Positions 53,301 through 63,137 of a stretch of DNA of 64,000 nt are shown here, piece after piece. Both the position numbers and the translations under genes were made by a program. Each line of letters opens with the position of its first letter. Position 1 is the stretch's first letter. Location of the stretch: the NCBI GenBank assembly GCA_963758525.1, contig CAVWVQ010000003.1, positions 2,336,001-2,400,000 on the forward strand. The letters run 5' to 3'. Below the pieces are notes generated by a model, which was not told the DNA's origin, ran no database searches, and saw only the letters and a program-made list of their open reading frames with translations. This stretch comes from an uncultured Phycisphaerales bacterium. Lineage in GTDB: Bacteria > Planctomycetota > Phycisphaerae > Tepidisphaerales > Tepidisphaeraceae.

Positions 53301-53712
53301 CGAGCGCGTGGAGGTGTCATGCATACGCTGTCATGCGGTCGGGCACGACGGCGGAATTGTCGGTCCGCGGCTGGATGGAATTGGCGAACGACAGAGTCGG
53401 GAATACCTGCTGGAATCGATCGTGTTCCCCAACGCAAAGATTGCTCCCGGCTTCGAAAGCGTCACACTCAAACTCCGCGATGGACCCGCAGTCAGTGGCA
53501 TCCTCAAGAAGGAAGACGCTAAGAATATCGAACTGGTGAATGGCGACGGGAAGACTGTGAAAGTGCCGACGGCAACCGTGATGTCGCGGGAGCGCGGACT
53601 TTCCGCGATGCCGGAGGGATTTGCGAAGGTGCTGAGCCGTCGCGACTTGCGCGACCTGGTGGAATTTCTGGCCAGCCTTCGGGGAACGCCTGCGAAACAC
53701 GCGGACAATTGA
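50377..53712 (+). CDS. PVC-type membrane-bound dehydrogenase-like propeller / HEAT repeat / cytochrome c protein
   Basis: LFAAEPLVANPV, GLRNP, HEAT repeats, CIRCH, GPRLDGIG, SAMPEG. Confidence 0.92.
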   Translation: MIRLKAIVTLGLLFVCCVGRSALAQDDLAGQEYGPRIHAASNEGENAIARFHVPEGLKVELFAAEPLVANPVCLRVDSRGRIYVAEGFRRAGGVIDIRNHRDWVEEDLASQTVADRIALLRRKYGPNIFQLRSETDCVQLLQDTQGRGKADKSTVFADGFNAIEDGIAASVLPVANGCYLADIPSLYLLRDTTGKGVADERKVLATGFGVHISYRGHDMHGLRMGPDGKVYFSSGDRAANAFSSIDGSKAVNTDSGGVFRCDPDGSNLELFAYGLRNPQQLVFDQYGNLFTGDNNPDFGDPARWVYVVEGGDSGWRIGYQLSRTPVLGGQWMAEHLWQTQPKLNAAYMVPPVAHLGAGPSGVACYPGTGLSDHWKDHLFMCDFRGSAASSGIHAFQMKTQGAGFELVNHEKFFWGCLVTDLDFSTVGGAYVSDWVHGWDGAGKGRIYRVFDPVEAKSSIVEQTRKLLADGMAGRASAELGTLLAHPDMRVRQMAQFELAGRGAESVALLSRIAASGGDRFARIHAIWGLGQIVRHTPSAATPLLSLLLDSDDEIRAQAAKVLGDDRIAAAFEGMVKLLKDPSSRVRFFAAQGLGRLKRGEAIAPLLAMLKENGDRDGWLRHAGVMGLIASGESQALLAAAGDSSSAVRMGVLLALRRLHQPQVAQFLHDPDPQIVLESARAIYDVPIPQAMPALASMAIEASADDAVTSRVVSANFYLGTPAAAKVLTTLANNQNVPTPWRVAALNDLGRWESPPSLDILLHAYRPLVPRPSADARDAIAPVLASILDSAPNEVRVAAIGLIETLKIDDPGVLNTLATDAKFPVSVRQEAMEVMARRHDAGLARAVELALAHKDVGFRCAAIRCLGSLPDSQTKLAAFSENGSTPERQAALEALGGLPGEVVDGLLETWMKRLIASQVPPELHQDIVDAVSQRSSATLTAMLKQYNEALSKGDELARYRDALVGGDAASGRKIFRERVEVSCIRCHAVGHDGGIVGPRLDGIGERQSREYLLESIVFPNAKIAPGFESVTLKLRDGPAVSGILKKEDAKNIELVNGDGKTVKVPTATVMSRERGLSAMPEGFAKVLSRRDLRDLVEFLASLRGTPAKHADN

Positions 53713-53761
53713 ACCAACGCGAGAGCGGTCGTTGTTTTTTTAAGAATAAAGGAGTGCTCGA

Positions 53762-54595
53762 ATGAGAAGATTGATGAGTCTGATGGCAGCGGCGCTGTTT
53801 CTCTGCACGAATGCTTTGGTCGCCGCGGAGACGAAGCCGATCAAAGCGATCATGTTCTGCGGCGGCGGCTTCCACGACTACAAAACAATGCCGGGAATTC
53901 TGGCCAAGGACATCGCAGGGATGGCCAACATCAGCATCGACATCAAGCACGTGCCAACGCCGCCCGACATGGTTGCGGTGCTGAAAGATCCCAAGTTCGC
54001 CGACGGCTATGACGTTGTGATTTACGATATCTGTTATGGAGAGAACTGGAAAGATGGCGATTACGACGGTGCGCTGGACGTGGCCCGCGCGGGGAAGCCG
54101 GCGGTGTTCATTCATTGCTCGGCTCATACCTATCGGCCCCCGCGCAAGCAGGATGATCCGCAGCTCAAGGAGCGCGAAGCGATCGCCGACGCGAAATGGC
54201 ACGCGCTGGTGGGAATGGACACCCGGGTTCACGACAGATTCGGGCCGTTCTCCACCGAGAAAGTTGACAAGGAAAATCCGATCGTCAAGAGCTTTCCCGA
54301 TGAATGGAAGACCAAGGGTGATGAGCTGTACAACACGATCAAGATGATGCCAACAGCCACGCCGCTCCTCACGGCCAAGAGCCCCAGCAGCGGAAAGGTG
54401 CATACTGTCGCGTGGATCAATCAGTATGGAAAGGCGCGGATCTTCGGCACGACGCTCGGCCATGACATGACCACCGGCGGAGACGCGGATTATCACCGGC
54501 TCCTCGCCTACGGCATTCTCTGGACTTGTCAGAAGCTGGGGGAAGATGGGAAGCCGGTGGAGGGGTATGGGGTGGCGCCGTCCGGGCAAAAATGA
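53762..54595 (+). CDS. ThuA-like domain protein, exported
   Basis: GGFHDY, DELY, GKARIFGTTLGH, GILW. Confidence 0.85.
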   Translation: MRRLMSLMAAALFLCTNALVAAETKPIKAIMFCGGGFHDYKTMPGILAKDIAGMANISIDIKHVPTPPDMVAVLKDPKFADGYDVVIYDICYGENWKDGDYDGALDVARAGKPAVFIHCSAHTYRPPRKQDDPQLKEREAIADAKWHALVGMDTRVHDRFGPFSTEKVDKENPIVKSFPDEWKTKGDELYNTIKMMPTATPLLTAKSPSSGKVHTVAWINQYGKARIFGTTLGHDMTTGGDADYHRLLAYGILWTCQKLGEDGKPVEGYGVAPSGQK

Positions 54596-54645
54596 TGTTG
54601 GGGGCGCCGGGAGCGGGCCGGGGCCAAGGGCGTCTGACGCGGGTG

Positions 54646-54703
54646 AGAGAGGAAAAGGGGGAGAGGAAAAGGGGGGAGAGGAAAAGGGGGAGAGGAAAAG
54701 GGG
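54646..54703. repeat. Purine-only tandem GAGAGGAAAAGGGG(G)n, ~4 units
   Basis: Directly visible. Confidence 0.85.
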
Positions 54704-54867
54704 GTCATCAGCCAAAACCGCCGTCATCCATTCCTGAGCCAACCGCTTCCGCTGCACCCTAACGCTCTGGTGCAAAAAAAAACGCAATGATCTTGCCATG
54801 GTATACTGCGTCCGAGGGCTCGTGCCACGGTTTATCCTATTCAACCCCTCGTCGGTCATCCGCTCTT

Positions 54868-57453
54868 ATGCTTAAGCCAAAACACCTTGCCGTTTCGCTT
54901 GCCACATTTCTCGCAATCTGGCTCGTGAGTGCCAATCCGGCCGCCGCCCAGACCGATGCAGACCTTGCGCCCCGCAAAGATGAAAACTTTGACCGTGGGT
55001 GGAAGTTTCATCGTGGCGAGGCGGCGGGAGCGGATCAGCCGGGTTTTGATGATGCGTCGTGGCGTGCCTTGGACCTGCCACACGACTGGAGCATCGAAGT
55101 CCCGGCCGATGTCCCGCAGAAACCCGGCGTCCAGGAGGGGCCGTTCGACAAAAAATCGCCTGCGCAATGGTGGCGCCTACCTGGACGGCGGCGTGGGCTG
55201 GTACCGCAAGACCTTCACGCTGGCGAGTGCCACGCCGGGCGAGCGGTTCACGATTCTCTTCGACGGGGCCTACGAGAATGCCGCTGTTTTCCTCAACGGC
55301 CAGAAACTCGGCAGCCATCCCTACGGGTTCACAAGCTTCTATTATGATCTGACCCCACTCCTGAGACCGGCGTCGGAGAAGAATGTCCTGGCGGTTCGCT
55401 TACAGGCCGATCAACCGGGCTGCCGCTGGTATTCGGGGGCCGGTCTCTACCGGCATGTTCATTTGATCGTGACACAATCCGTCCACGTCGCGCAGTGGGG
55501 AACTTACATCACCACTCCAGCGGTGACGCCAGGCAGCGCAAGGTAAAGGTGAAGACAGTGCTGTGCAATGACGGCACCGCCGCGGCGAACGCGACGCTCA
55601 CAACGATTCTGCTGAACCCGAGTGGCAAGGAGGTGGCCCGGCTGCAATCCGGGCAGGCCATCCCCGCCAAAGGCAGCGCGCCGGTGGAGCAAACCCTGCC
55701 CGTGACCGGCCCTGAGCGCTGGTCTTGTGAAAAACCACTGCTTTATCAGGCGGTCAGCCAAGTGCGCGTGGGCGCGGTGCTCGTGGATTCGCTGCGCACG
55801 CCCTTCGGCATCCGGACCATCGAGTTCACGAAGGACAAGGGATTTTTTCTCAACGGCGAGCGCGTGCAGATCAAAGGTGTCTGCGACCACCACGACCTCG
55901 GCTGCCTCGGCGCGGCCGCGTACCGCCGGGCGATCCAGCGGCAGATCGAGGTATTGAAAAGTTTCGGTTGCAACGCGATCCGCACGAGCCACAACCCGCC
56001 CGCGCCCGAATTGCTCGACCTCTGCGACCAGATGGGGATGCTCGTCATGGACGAGGCGTTCGACGAGTGGAAGGAGAACCATTACACCTACGGCTACGCC
56101 ACGGTCTTCGACGCGTGGAGCGAGCCGGATATGGTCAGCATGCTGGACCGCGACCGCAACCATCCGAGCATCGTCCTTTACAGCATCGGCAACGAAATTC
56201 CTGAAGGCCGCGAGGGCAAGCCGCAGGCCGGTGCCACCGCTGCCCGCCTCGTGGCGATTTGCCACCGTGAGGACCCCACGCGGCCGGTCACCTCGGCTTG
56301 TCCCGGCCCCGAGGCCGATTGGAACAGCGGGCTGGCCAAGGCGCTCGACGTTTTCGGTCTGAACTACAACATCGGCTGGTACGGGAGAAATGATCCGGCC
56401 TCCAAAGCTACGCGCAAGCCGGGCGACACCAGCTACCACGGGCAGCTTCCGCTGGTCGGCAGCGAGACGTGTTCGCAAGTGGATTCCCGCGGGGAATATG
56501 GTCTGAAACTCGACGCAGCAGGCAACGTGCAGATCGTCGCCAAGGCCAACAACCAGGTCTCCAGCTACGATTATTGGCACCCCGGCTGGGGTTGCTCCGC
56601 CGAGACGGACCTGCTCGCGCTCAAGAATGCCCCGTGGATGGCGGGCGAGTTCGTGTGGACCGGCTTCGACTACCTCGGCGAACCCAACCCTTTCGCTTGG
56701 CCTTCCCGCAGTTCGTACTTCGGCATCGTCGATCTGGCGGGTTTTCCGAAGGACCGTTACTACATTTACAAGAGCGTCTGGAGCGCGGAGCCGGTCGTGC
56801 ACATCCTGCCGATGAGTTGGAACTGGGCGGGCTTTGAGGGAAAAGCGATCCCGGTGCGCGTCTTCACGAACGCCGACGTGGTCGAACTGTTCCTCAACGG
56901 CAAGTCGCTGGGTTCTAAAAAATTCCCCTCGGAAAGCGCGGAGCAAACCCTGGAAAAACAGAACAAGGACAAAACCGTTTCCTTTACGAAGAGCCCGGGA
57001 ATGCACCTGGAGTGGGCAGTGCCCTACTCGCCGGGTGAGCTGAAAGCGGTTGCCACCAAAGACGGCAAGGTCGTCAAGAGTGACGTGGTCCGCACGGCGG
57101 GAGCACCGGCAACGCTCCGGCTCAGCGCCGACCGGACCCGAATCGCCGCCGATGGCCAGGATTTGTCTTTCCTAAAGGTCGAGGTTCTCGATCGGGAGGG
57201 CAACATCTGCCCGAACGCTGACAACAAGATTCACTTCGACGTGGATGGAAATGCCTTGGTTATCGCCGGGTTGGACAACGGGGACGCCACCAACCTTGAG
57301 TCCTTCCAGGGCCGGGACCATCAGGCGTACCATGGCCTGGCGCTGGCGGTCCTGAAATCCAATTACAACGTGGTCGGCGACTCGAAGCTCACCGCGAGCA
57401 GCGCGGGGCTGACCCCGGCCAGCATCATCCTCTCCACGACAACGGTGAAATAA
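54868..57453 (+). CDS. GH2 beta-galactosidase-like, frameshifts near 55165 and 55540
   Basis: LPHDWSIE, GWYRK, WYSGAGLYR, RTSHNPP, RDRNHPSI..SIGNE, WTGFDYLGEP. Confidence 0.92.
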
Positions 57454-57791
57454 CCCGGAAGCCACGCGCGCGTCGTCGGGCCCTGCCTTACCCAGATGCG
57501 AGTTGCCCCATAATAATTGATTCAGCGCCGCAAGATTCGGTTTCGCATCCGCCGCGCTCGTTTTCACTTTGCCTCTTGGGCCAGTTAGGCTTCAATTCCC
57601 GCTGGCTCCAGTTTTGGAATCCAAAATCGATCAGTATGCCCGTATCAATGGACGGCTCTGTGGCTTCCCGCCACAAAAAACAATAAGTAAATGACCGGGC
57701 ATAACTTTCAATGAAATGCTCGAATCGGCAGGCAAGATTATATGGCTCGGGCACCGTCAGTAACTTCTCGGCTCATACCGCAAGTGCTCGC

Positions 57792-58262
57792 CTAATCGAG
57801 CGGGAGCGCACGGAGGTTATGCGCCTTCACAAGCTTTTTAAGCGTCGCCACCAAAGTCTCCCGCTCATTCTTTGATAGTGGCGCGAAATACTCAACGTCG
57901 TTTTGATCAGCAAGTTCACACAGCACCGGTATCAGTTGCTGGGCGGCGGCGGTGAGGGCGATTTCCTGAAATCGCCTATCATCCCGGCGGCCTTTTCTTG
58001 TGACCAGCCTCTTGGCCACAAGCCGCTCGACGAGTTTTGAAGCAGCCCCGCGCGTCATGCCGGTCAGATCGGCCAGCATGCTAGGGGCGATTGCTTCGAG
58101 CCCGTACATCTCGCGCAGCACCACCCATTCAGCCACCGTGACCCCGCTATTGACTAGTTTGCGAGCGAAGGCGTGCGACACATGGTTGGAGACGAATCGC
58201 AGCCAAAAGCCCACATGCTTTTTGAGATCGCTTGCGACCGGTGCATGATCCGTTGTCTTCAT
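57792..58262 (-). CDS. MarR family regulator (probably leaderless)
   Basis: wHTH ending DDRRFQEIALT. Confidence 0.9.
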   Translation of the reverse strand: MKTTDHAPVASDLKKHVGFWLRFVSNHVSHAFARKLVNSGVTVAEWVVLREMYGLEAIAPSMLADLTGMTRGAASKLVERLVAKRLVTRKGRRDDRRFQEIALTAAAQQLIPVLCELADQNDVEYFAPLSKNERETLVATLKKLVKAHNLRALPLD

Positions 58263-58268
58263 AGCATC

Positions 58269-58304
58269 AGGTTACTTGACAACTATTTCCTTGTCAACTA
58301 TAAT
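58269..58304. promoter_or_regulatory. Overlapping divergent sigma-70 promoters / palindromic operator
   Basis: + TTGACA(58276)-17-TATAAT(58299); - TTGACA(58297)-17-TAACCT(58274). Confidence 0.8.
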
Positions 58305-58337
58305 GGTTGTCAGATCAGAATCAAAAGGAGAATCCAC

Positions 58338-58749
58338 ATGAGCGACGCGATCGAAAATCTAAAATCCGCCCAGCAGAAGGCGATGGCGGGTCGCCCCAAG
58401 GTTGGTGGTTTCCCATATCTCGCCGAGGTTCTTCGCCAAGCGGGCGTCACCCGAAACGTATGGTCGCTACCGGCATGCCAAAGTCTGTATGTGACTGACA
58501 AGGGCCCGGTCGTGGTGCAGGGTACGCCGCTCCTCGCCGGTATGGCCGAGGTGCCAAAGTTCAATCGCGAGGCTCTCATCACTGCTCTGAGGACTGATCA
58601 AGCAGGGGAAAGCACGTTCCCGGAGTTCTTGGCGGCTACTTGGCGGGCTGGCGTCGTAGCCTACGAGGTGGATTTTGCTGCGCATCGTGACGTATTTCGG
58701 ATCGAGTCAGGAAAAGTACGTCGAAACCTATCCCGCCACAGAGGTCTAG
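58338..58749 (+). CDS. DUF1398 family protein, frameshift near 58681
   Basis: RPKVGGFPYLAEVLRQAGV, ALRTDQAG..TFPEF..WRAGV..Y.VDF; other frame VTYFG..YVETYP*. Confidence 0.8.
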
Positions 58750-58839
58750 GCCGGAACGTGTTAGTGTAACCGGCGGTCTTTTTTTGGTGCGGTAACGGCT
58801 TGATTTTCGATCAATTTGAAGTCTCTTGGGCGAGCGCCT

Positions 58840-60029
58840 TCAAGTCAGATGAACCTTGATGCCAACCGCAAAGTCGCAGGGCGGCGTGGCGGGTTTCTGG
58901 ATGACGAGCGCATCCCCGGTCTGGCTCCAAGTTGGCTTGCCTGACCCGCCTAGCATCTCCACGCCTATCACCTTTCCGGGACTGGTGGCAGCGCCGGTTC
59001 CCAGGCTTTTGATGACCAGATCACCGACTGGCCAGCCCATGACGAACGCGTAAACGATGTCTCCTTTCTTACTTTGGGTAAAACGTATGTCAGTCGAGTC
59101 CAGCGGGGCCGCCTCGTTTCCGTTTTGATGGACGGTCGTGAGATGCGTTCCTTCGCCGAAGACTTTCCACGGCCGCGTCGCGTAGATGCCTTCGCCGTTG
59201 GGCTTGATCCATCCGGTCAGCGCGTCGAGGATCGCAATCTCGTCGGTGTCGAGGGGCATCCGGCCGGCCGGGGAAGTTGAGGACGAACGTGCCATTCTTG
59301 CTTACCACGTCGATGAGCCAATGGATAGTTCTTGACGTAGGGCGTGTCCGGCAATTCGTCGACCATGGTGTGCTTGCGACCATAAAGAACTTCTGGATCG
59401 AAGCCGCGCCACCACTGATCCTTGCCGTCTGCGGAGCTGAGCACGCCATCGTATGGGATTCCGGTGAGCGGCCCCTTGCGGTCGCAAAGCCGCGCCACCT
59501 GGAACCACCACCAGTTTCGCGGCCGCATGGACGGTGGCGCCGAAGCGCATTCCCCGCTTGCGGCCCAGCCTCCGAGCACGTCGCGTTTCGGCCCGAGGTT
59601 TACCGAATTCCAGACATGGTATTTCGAGTTCCAGGAATCGAAGCCATCGTGGTGATTCGCCATTCCGAAGAAGAACCTGGCCCCGGCCGCGTGATAGCGT
59701 TCCATGAGTGCATCAGGGTCCCAGTTTTGCAGGGTCCATGAGCGGCAAAGATCCTTGTAGCCGAATTTCGTGGGGTGCCCGAACCGCGCGCAGTGATCGA
59801 CATAGTTGGGCGATCCTTCGATATAAAGCGAGCGGGCATAGCCGTCGCCATTTTCGGCCACGCATTGCGGGCTCCAGTGCGCCCAGATACCGAACTTGGC
59901 GTCGCGGTACCATTCCGGCGCTTCGCCGTATTGGGCAAGCGATTCCCATGTAGGCTGGTACGGGCCGTCTCCCGCCAGATCCGGTTTGAGAGCCCGAAAC
60001 CGGAACGTGAGCGACCTTAAACCACTCAT
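58840..60029 (-). pseudogene. GH29 alpha-L-fucosidase, frameshifted and apparently internally deleted
   Basis: WYRDAKFGIWAHW, ANHHDGF, IDVVSKNG, GIYATRPW; no intervening nucleophile (..FD) segment seen. Confidence 0.75.
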
Positions 60030-60030
60030 G

Positions 60031-62649
60031 TCATTTAATCATGACGACGGCGTCCCGGTCGCCCATGGTGAGACTGATTTTCTCTCCCGCGGCAGCCTTG
60101 TGCACGTAAAGCTGGGCGGGAACCAGAAGGAGGTCATTGTTGCGCCACAGGGTGGTTGTCCCCGGGGAGACTTCCTTGAATTGCCCGCTGGCGGCGAAGG
60201 CAGGCGGCGCGTCCGTTTGAGTGGCCATGATGTAGATATTTTCAGCCTTCGTCGCTGTAAAGGAGAGATTGGTCGATTGGTCCAGCGTCGGCTTTGGATT
60301 GTGCTTGGTTGGCGGACTTGCCTGAATGGTTACCCGACGCAGGGCAATCCAGGTCGCGTTTTCAAGGTCGGGGGGAATCGTGTTCCATGAGTTATCGGCT
60401 CTGGAATCAAGATCGTCATAGATCGGCCACTGTTCGTGAATCGGCATATCCATGTAATAAGCGGGATTCCCGGCGTTGCTGCTTGTGAGACCGCTGATCG
60501 GGAGCGGATCGCCGGCCAATTCAGGCAGCCCGTCTTTGCCATAAAAATAGATTGTCGCCGTGTCGGTATGTCCCTGGTCGTCGGACGCCGTCACCACGTT
60601 TTTTCCGGTGTGGAGCGCGACCGGCCAGAAGAAGACATTGTCGACTTTCTCCGGCACGTAAGTCCGGGGCGGTGAAGGGGGAGGTGCGGGCTCGCCTTTT
60701 TTGGTCTTTTTCTTGTCGACGTGAAGCATCCACGGGCCGTTGGGAATGACGTAGTGGCCATTGTCGAGTGTGGAGACTTTTTTGCCGTTGAGGGTCAGCG
60801 TAACTTTCGCGGCATTGCTGTAGACCTTGATTCCATTATTGACGGCTCCCTGTCGCAGAAAATAGCGCTTTGACGTGATCCACAACGTCGGTTCGTCGGG
60901 CCGCAGAAAGCTGCGGTAGAGGTAGTAAACGTCCTTCTTGTCGCCCGCGTAGGTGAGCAGGCCTTTGGTATTGATGCCGACCGGTGCCTTGTATTTGCCG
61001 TCGCTGAACTCGCGCAGGCACCAGACGCAGAAGAGGCCCAGCTGGCTGTTGTCGCCGTGAAAAACCTTCTGGAAATTATTTTCCGAGACGATTTGCTGGT
61101 ATTCCTCCGGTTCATACTGGTTCACAATCCAGTCGCAATTGCCATAGTCGCAATGGGTGGTTACGGAGCCCCCGGCGCCGACTTCAGATATGAAGCCGAT
61201 TGGCTTGAACCCGTCCAGATCAGAGTGGTACCACCCGAAGTAACAGTGCCTCGTGTGAAAGTCGGCCAACTTTGATGCCATGTTAGCCACTCCCACGGGC
61301 CGGGAGGGATCAAGGGCCTTGGCGACGGGAACGCATTCATCGGCCACCGCGGCATTGGATTCGTTGCCCATGCTCCAGACCACGATCGAGGGATGGTTGT
61401 AGTTTTGCTTCACCATTTCGGTGGTGATCTGCGCGGCGGTGGGGCTGACGATGTCCTTGCCGTTGCTGTGTCCGTTTTCCGCCCAGGCGAGAATGCCATC
61501 CTGATCGCAAAGATCATATTCCAGGGCCGCATGGGGATAATGGCAGAACCGCATGAAATTGAGGCCAAGGTCCTTGATCGTGTCGAAATTAGCTTTCAAA
61601 TCCTCCGGCGATACCGCCGATCCCTTGGTCTCGACCTCCTGGTGAAGATCGGCTCCGTAGAGGATGATCCTCTTGCCATTCAATTTGACCGTGCCCCCGG
61701 TCTTCGCATCCATCGTCAGCCATTCCAGCAGGCGGAAACCGGTGGGTTGGGTGACTTCATCGACGGGCTTTCCGTTCATGTAAACGCTCGTTTCGACGTG
61801 ATAGACGCGTCCGTCCCGAGCTCCCCAGAGCTGGGGCCGATCGATGGTGGTGGAAAGTTCCACCGTACCGCGTCCACCGGCGGGCACCGAAGCGGGTGCT
61901 GCGAGCATCTTCACTTCTTTCCCGTCCGGATCGAGAATGCGGGCGCGAACTTCCGCCTTCGCGTCGGCGGCCGAGGTGTTGCGCAAGAGTACGCGGATAT
62001 CGAGGCGGGCCGACTTCTCCGAGACGTCCTTGGGCGTCAGGTAAACGCCGGGAGCGGCGAAATCGGTCGGGTCAATGTGCACCGGAGAAGTCGCGACCAG
62101 CCAGGCGTTGCGGTAAAGACCGCCCCAAATCTTATAGAGTCCGGTCTGGCTCCAGGGCAGGCAGTCTTTGGTGTCTGCAGGACTGTCATTGACCAGCACC
62201 GCCAGTTGATTGTCCGTGCCGACATGGAGCGCCTTGGTGGCATCAAATATGAAACGGGTATAGGCGCCCCGATGCTGGCCGAGGTGCTGGCCGTTGACGT
62301 AAACATCGGCGAGACTCGCCGCGCCCTCGAAGACCAGGTAAAGCTCCTTGCCTTGCGCCGAGGGATCGACGGTCAATTGGCGGCGATACCAGCCCCGGGT
62401 CAGCGTGTCGTAGGCGGCTCGCGTCTGGAAATTATGAGGAACTTCCACGTCTTTCCATGCCGCCTGATTGAAGGCGTCGGTACCGATATCCGGCGGCTTC
62501 GTCGCATCCTCGTAACCGACAAACTGCCAACCGGAACCGTTGAGCAATTGTGCTTGCCGCGGGGAGGAGTCGTCCTGCGCCTTAGCAAAAGAGTGTGAGG
62601 TAAGGAAGAAAAGCAGAGAAAGTGTAAGGAATTGCAAGCGGGCCAACAT
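60031..62649 (-). CDS. GH2 glycoside hydrolase, exported
   Basis: VPHNF, GWYRR, WGGLYR, RFCHYP, YNHPSIVVWSMGNE. Confidence 0.9.
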   Translation of the reverse strand: MLARLQFLTLSLLFFLTSHSFAKAQDDSSPRQAQLLNGSGWQFVGYEDATKPPDIGTDAFNQAAWKDVEVPHNFQTRAAYDTLTRGWYRRQLTVDPSAQGKELYLVFEGAASLADVYVNGQHLGQHRGAYTRFIFDATKALHVGTDNQLAVLVNDSPADTKDCLPWSQTGLYKIWGGLYRNAWLVATSPVHIDPTDFAAPGVYLTPKDVSEKSARLDIRVLLRNTSAADAKAEVRARILDPDGKEVKMLAAPASVPAGGRGTVELSTTIDRPQLWGARDGRVYHVETSVYMNGKPVDEVTQPTGFRLLEWLTMDAKTGGTVKLNGKRIILYGADLHQEVETKGSAVSPEDLKANFDTIKDLGLNFMRFCHYPHAALEYDLCDQDGILAWAENGHSNGKDIVSPTAAQITTEMVKQNYNHPSIVVWSMGNESNAAVADECVPVAKALDPSRPVGVANMASKLADFHTRHCYFGWYHSDLDGFKPIGFISEVGAGGSVTTHCDYGNCDWIVNQYEPEEYQQIVSENNFQKVFHGDNSQLGLFCVWCLREFSDGKYKAPVGINTKGLLTYAGDKKDVYYLYRSFLRPDEPTLWITSKRYFLRQGAVNNGIKVYSNAAKVTLTLNGKKVSTLDNGHYVIPNGPWMLHVDKKKTKKGEPAPPPSPPRTYVPEKVDNVFFWPVALHTGKNVVTASDDQGHTDTATIYFYGKDGLPELAGDPLPISGLTSSNAGNPAYYMDMPIHEQWPIYDDLDSRADNSWNTIPPDLENATWIALRRVTIQASPPTKHNPKPTLDQSTNLSFTATKAENIYIMATQTDAPPAFAASGQFKEVSPGTTTLWRNNDLLLVPAQLYVHKAAAGEKISLTMGDRDAVVMIK

Positions 62650-62852
62650 GGGTTCCTTCATCTCAAGGTACTCTGGTTTGAACCAGTTGGCGAACACTTC
62701 CCGCAGCATGATCTTGATTTTCAATTGACTCGCGTAAAACTTCATTTTGTATATCCTTTGCGTATGCTCAATATTTAGTCGCCGGCCTTGTCTTCGTTGC
62801 TCTCGGCGTTCCGGTTTCGGCGGATGACTCAAACTCCAGCGGCGCGCTGCGA

Positions 62853-63137
62853 GTGCCGCAGCCTCTCACCGGCTTCACCGCCGCGGGTGACGATGGGATT
62901 TCCCATCCGGCCGACGCCGCGATCTCCGGCGATGCGGTGGTAGTCACCAGCTCGCAGGTAAAGGAGCCGAAGGAAGTCCGGTTCGATTGGGACGAAGCGG
63001 CTGTGCCCAATCTTTACAACAAGGACGGCCTGCCCGCCGCGCCGTTTCGCACCAACCATCAGCCCCCGCCCGCGGAGCCCGCGGCGACGAATGGACCTGC
63101 TGCGAAAAGGATGCTGCGCCGCAGTAAAGTGCTCTAG
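62853..63137 (+). pseudogene. Orphan C-terminal fragment of a sialate O-acetylesterase
   Basis: LTGF..AG.DG..A.ISGD.V..P..VRF.W....NLYNKDGLPAAPFRT resembles the C-terminus of the 26143 gene. Confidence 0.7.

Noticed and set aside
57488..57754. 88-aa low-GC ORF
   Set aside because: No motif or clear RBS; possibly a remnant
465..59550. Programmed frameshifting or mass pseudogenisation
   Set aside because: No slippery sequences, conserved genes affected, and a shared GCGC context; sequencing error is simpler
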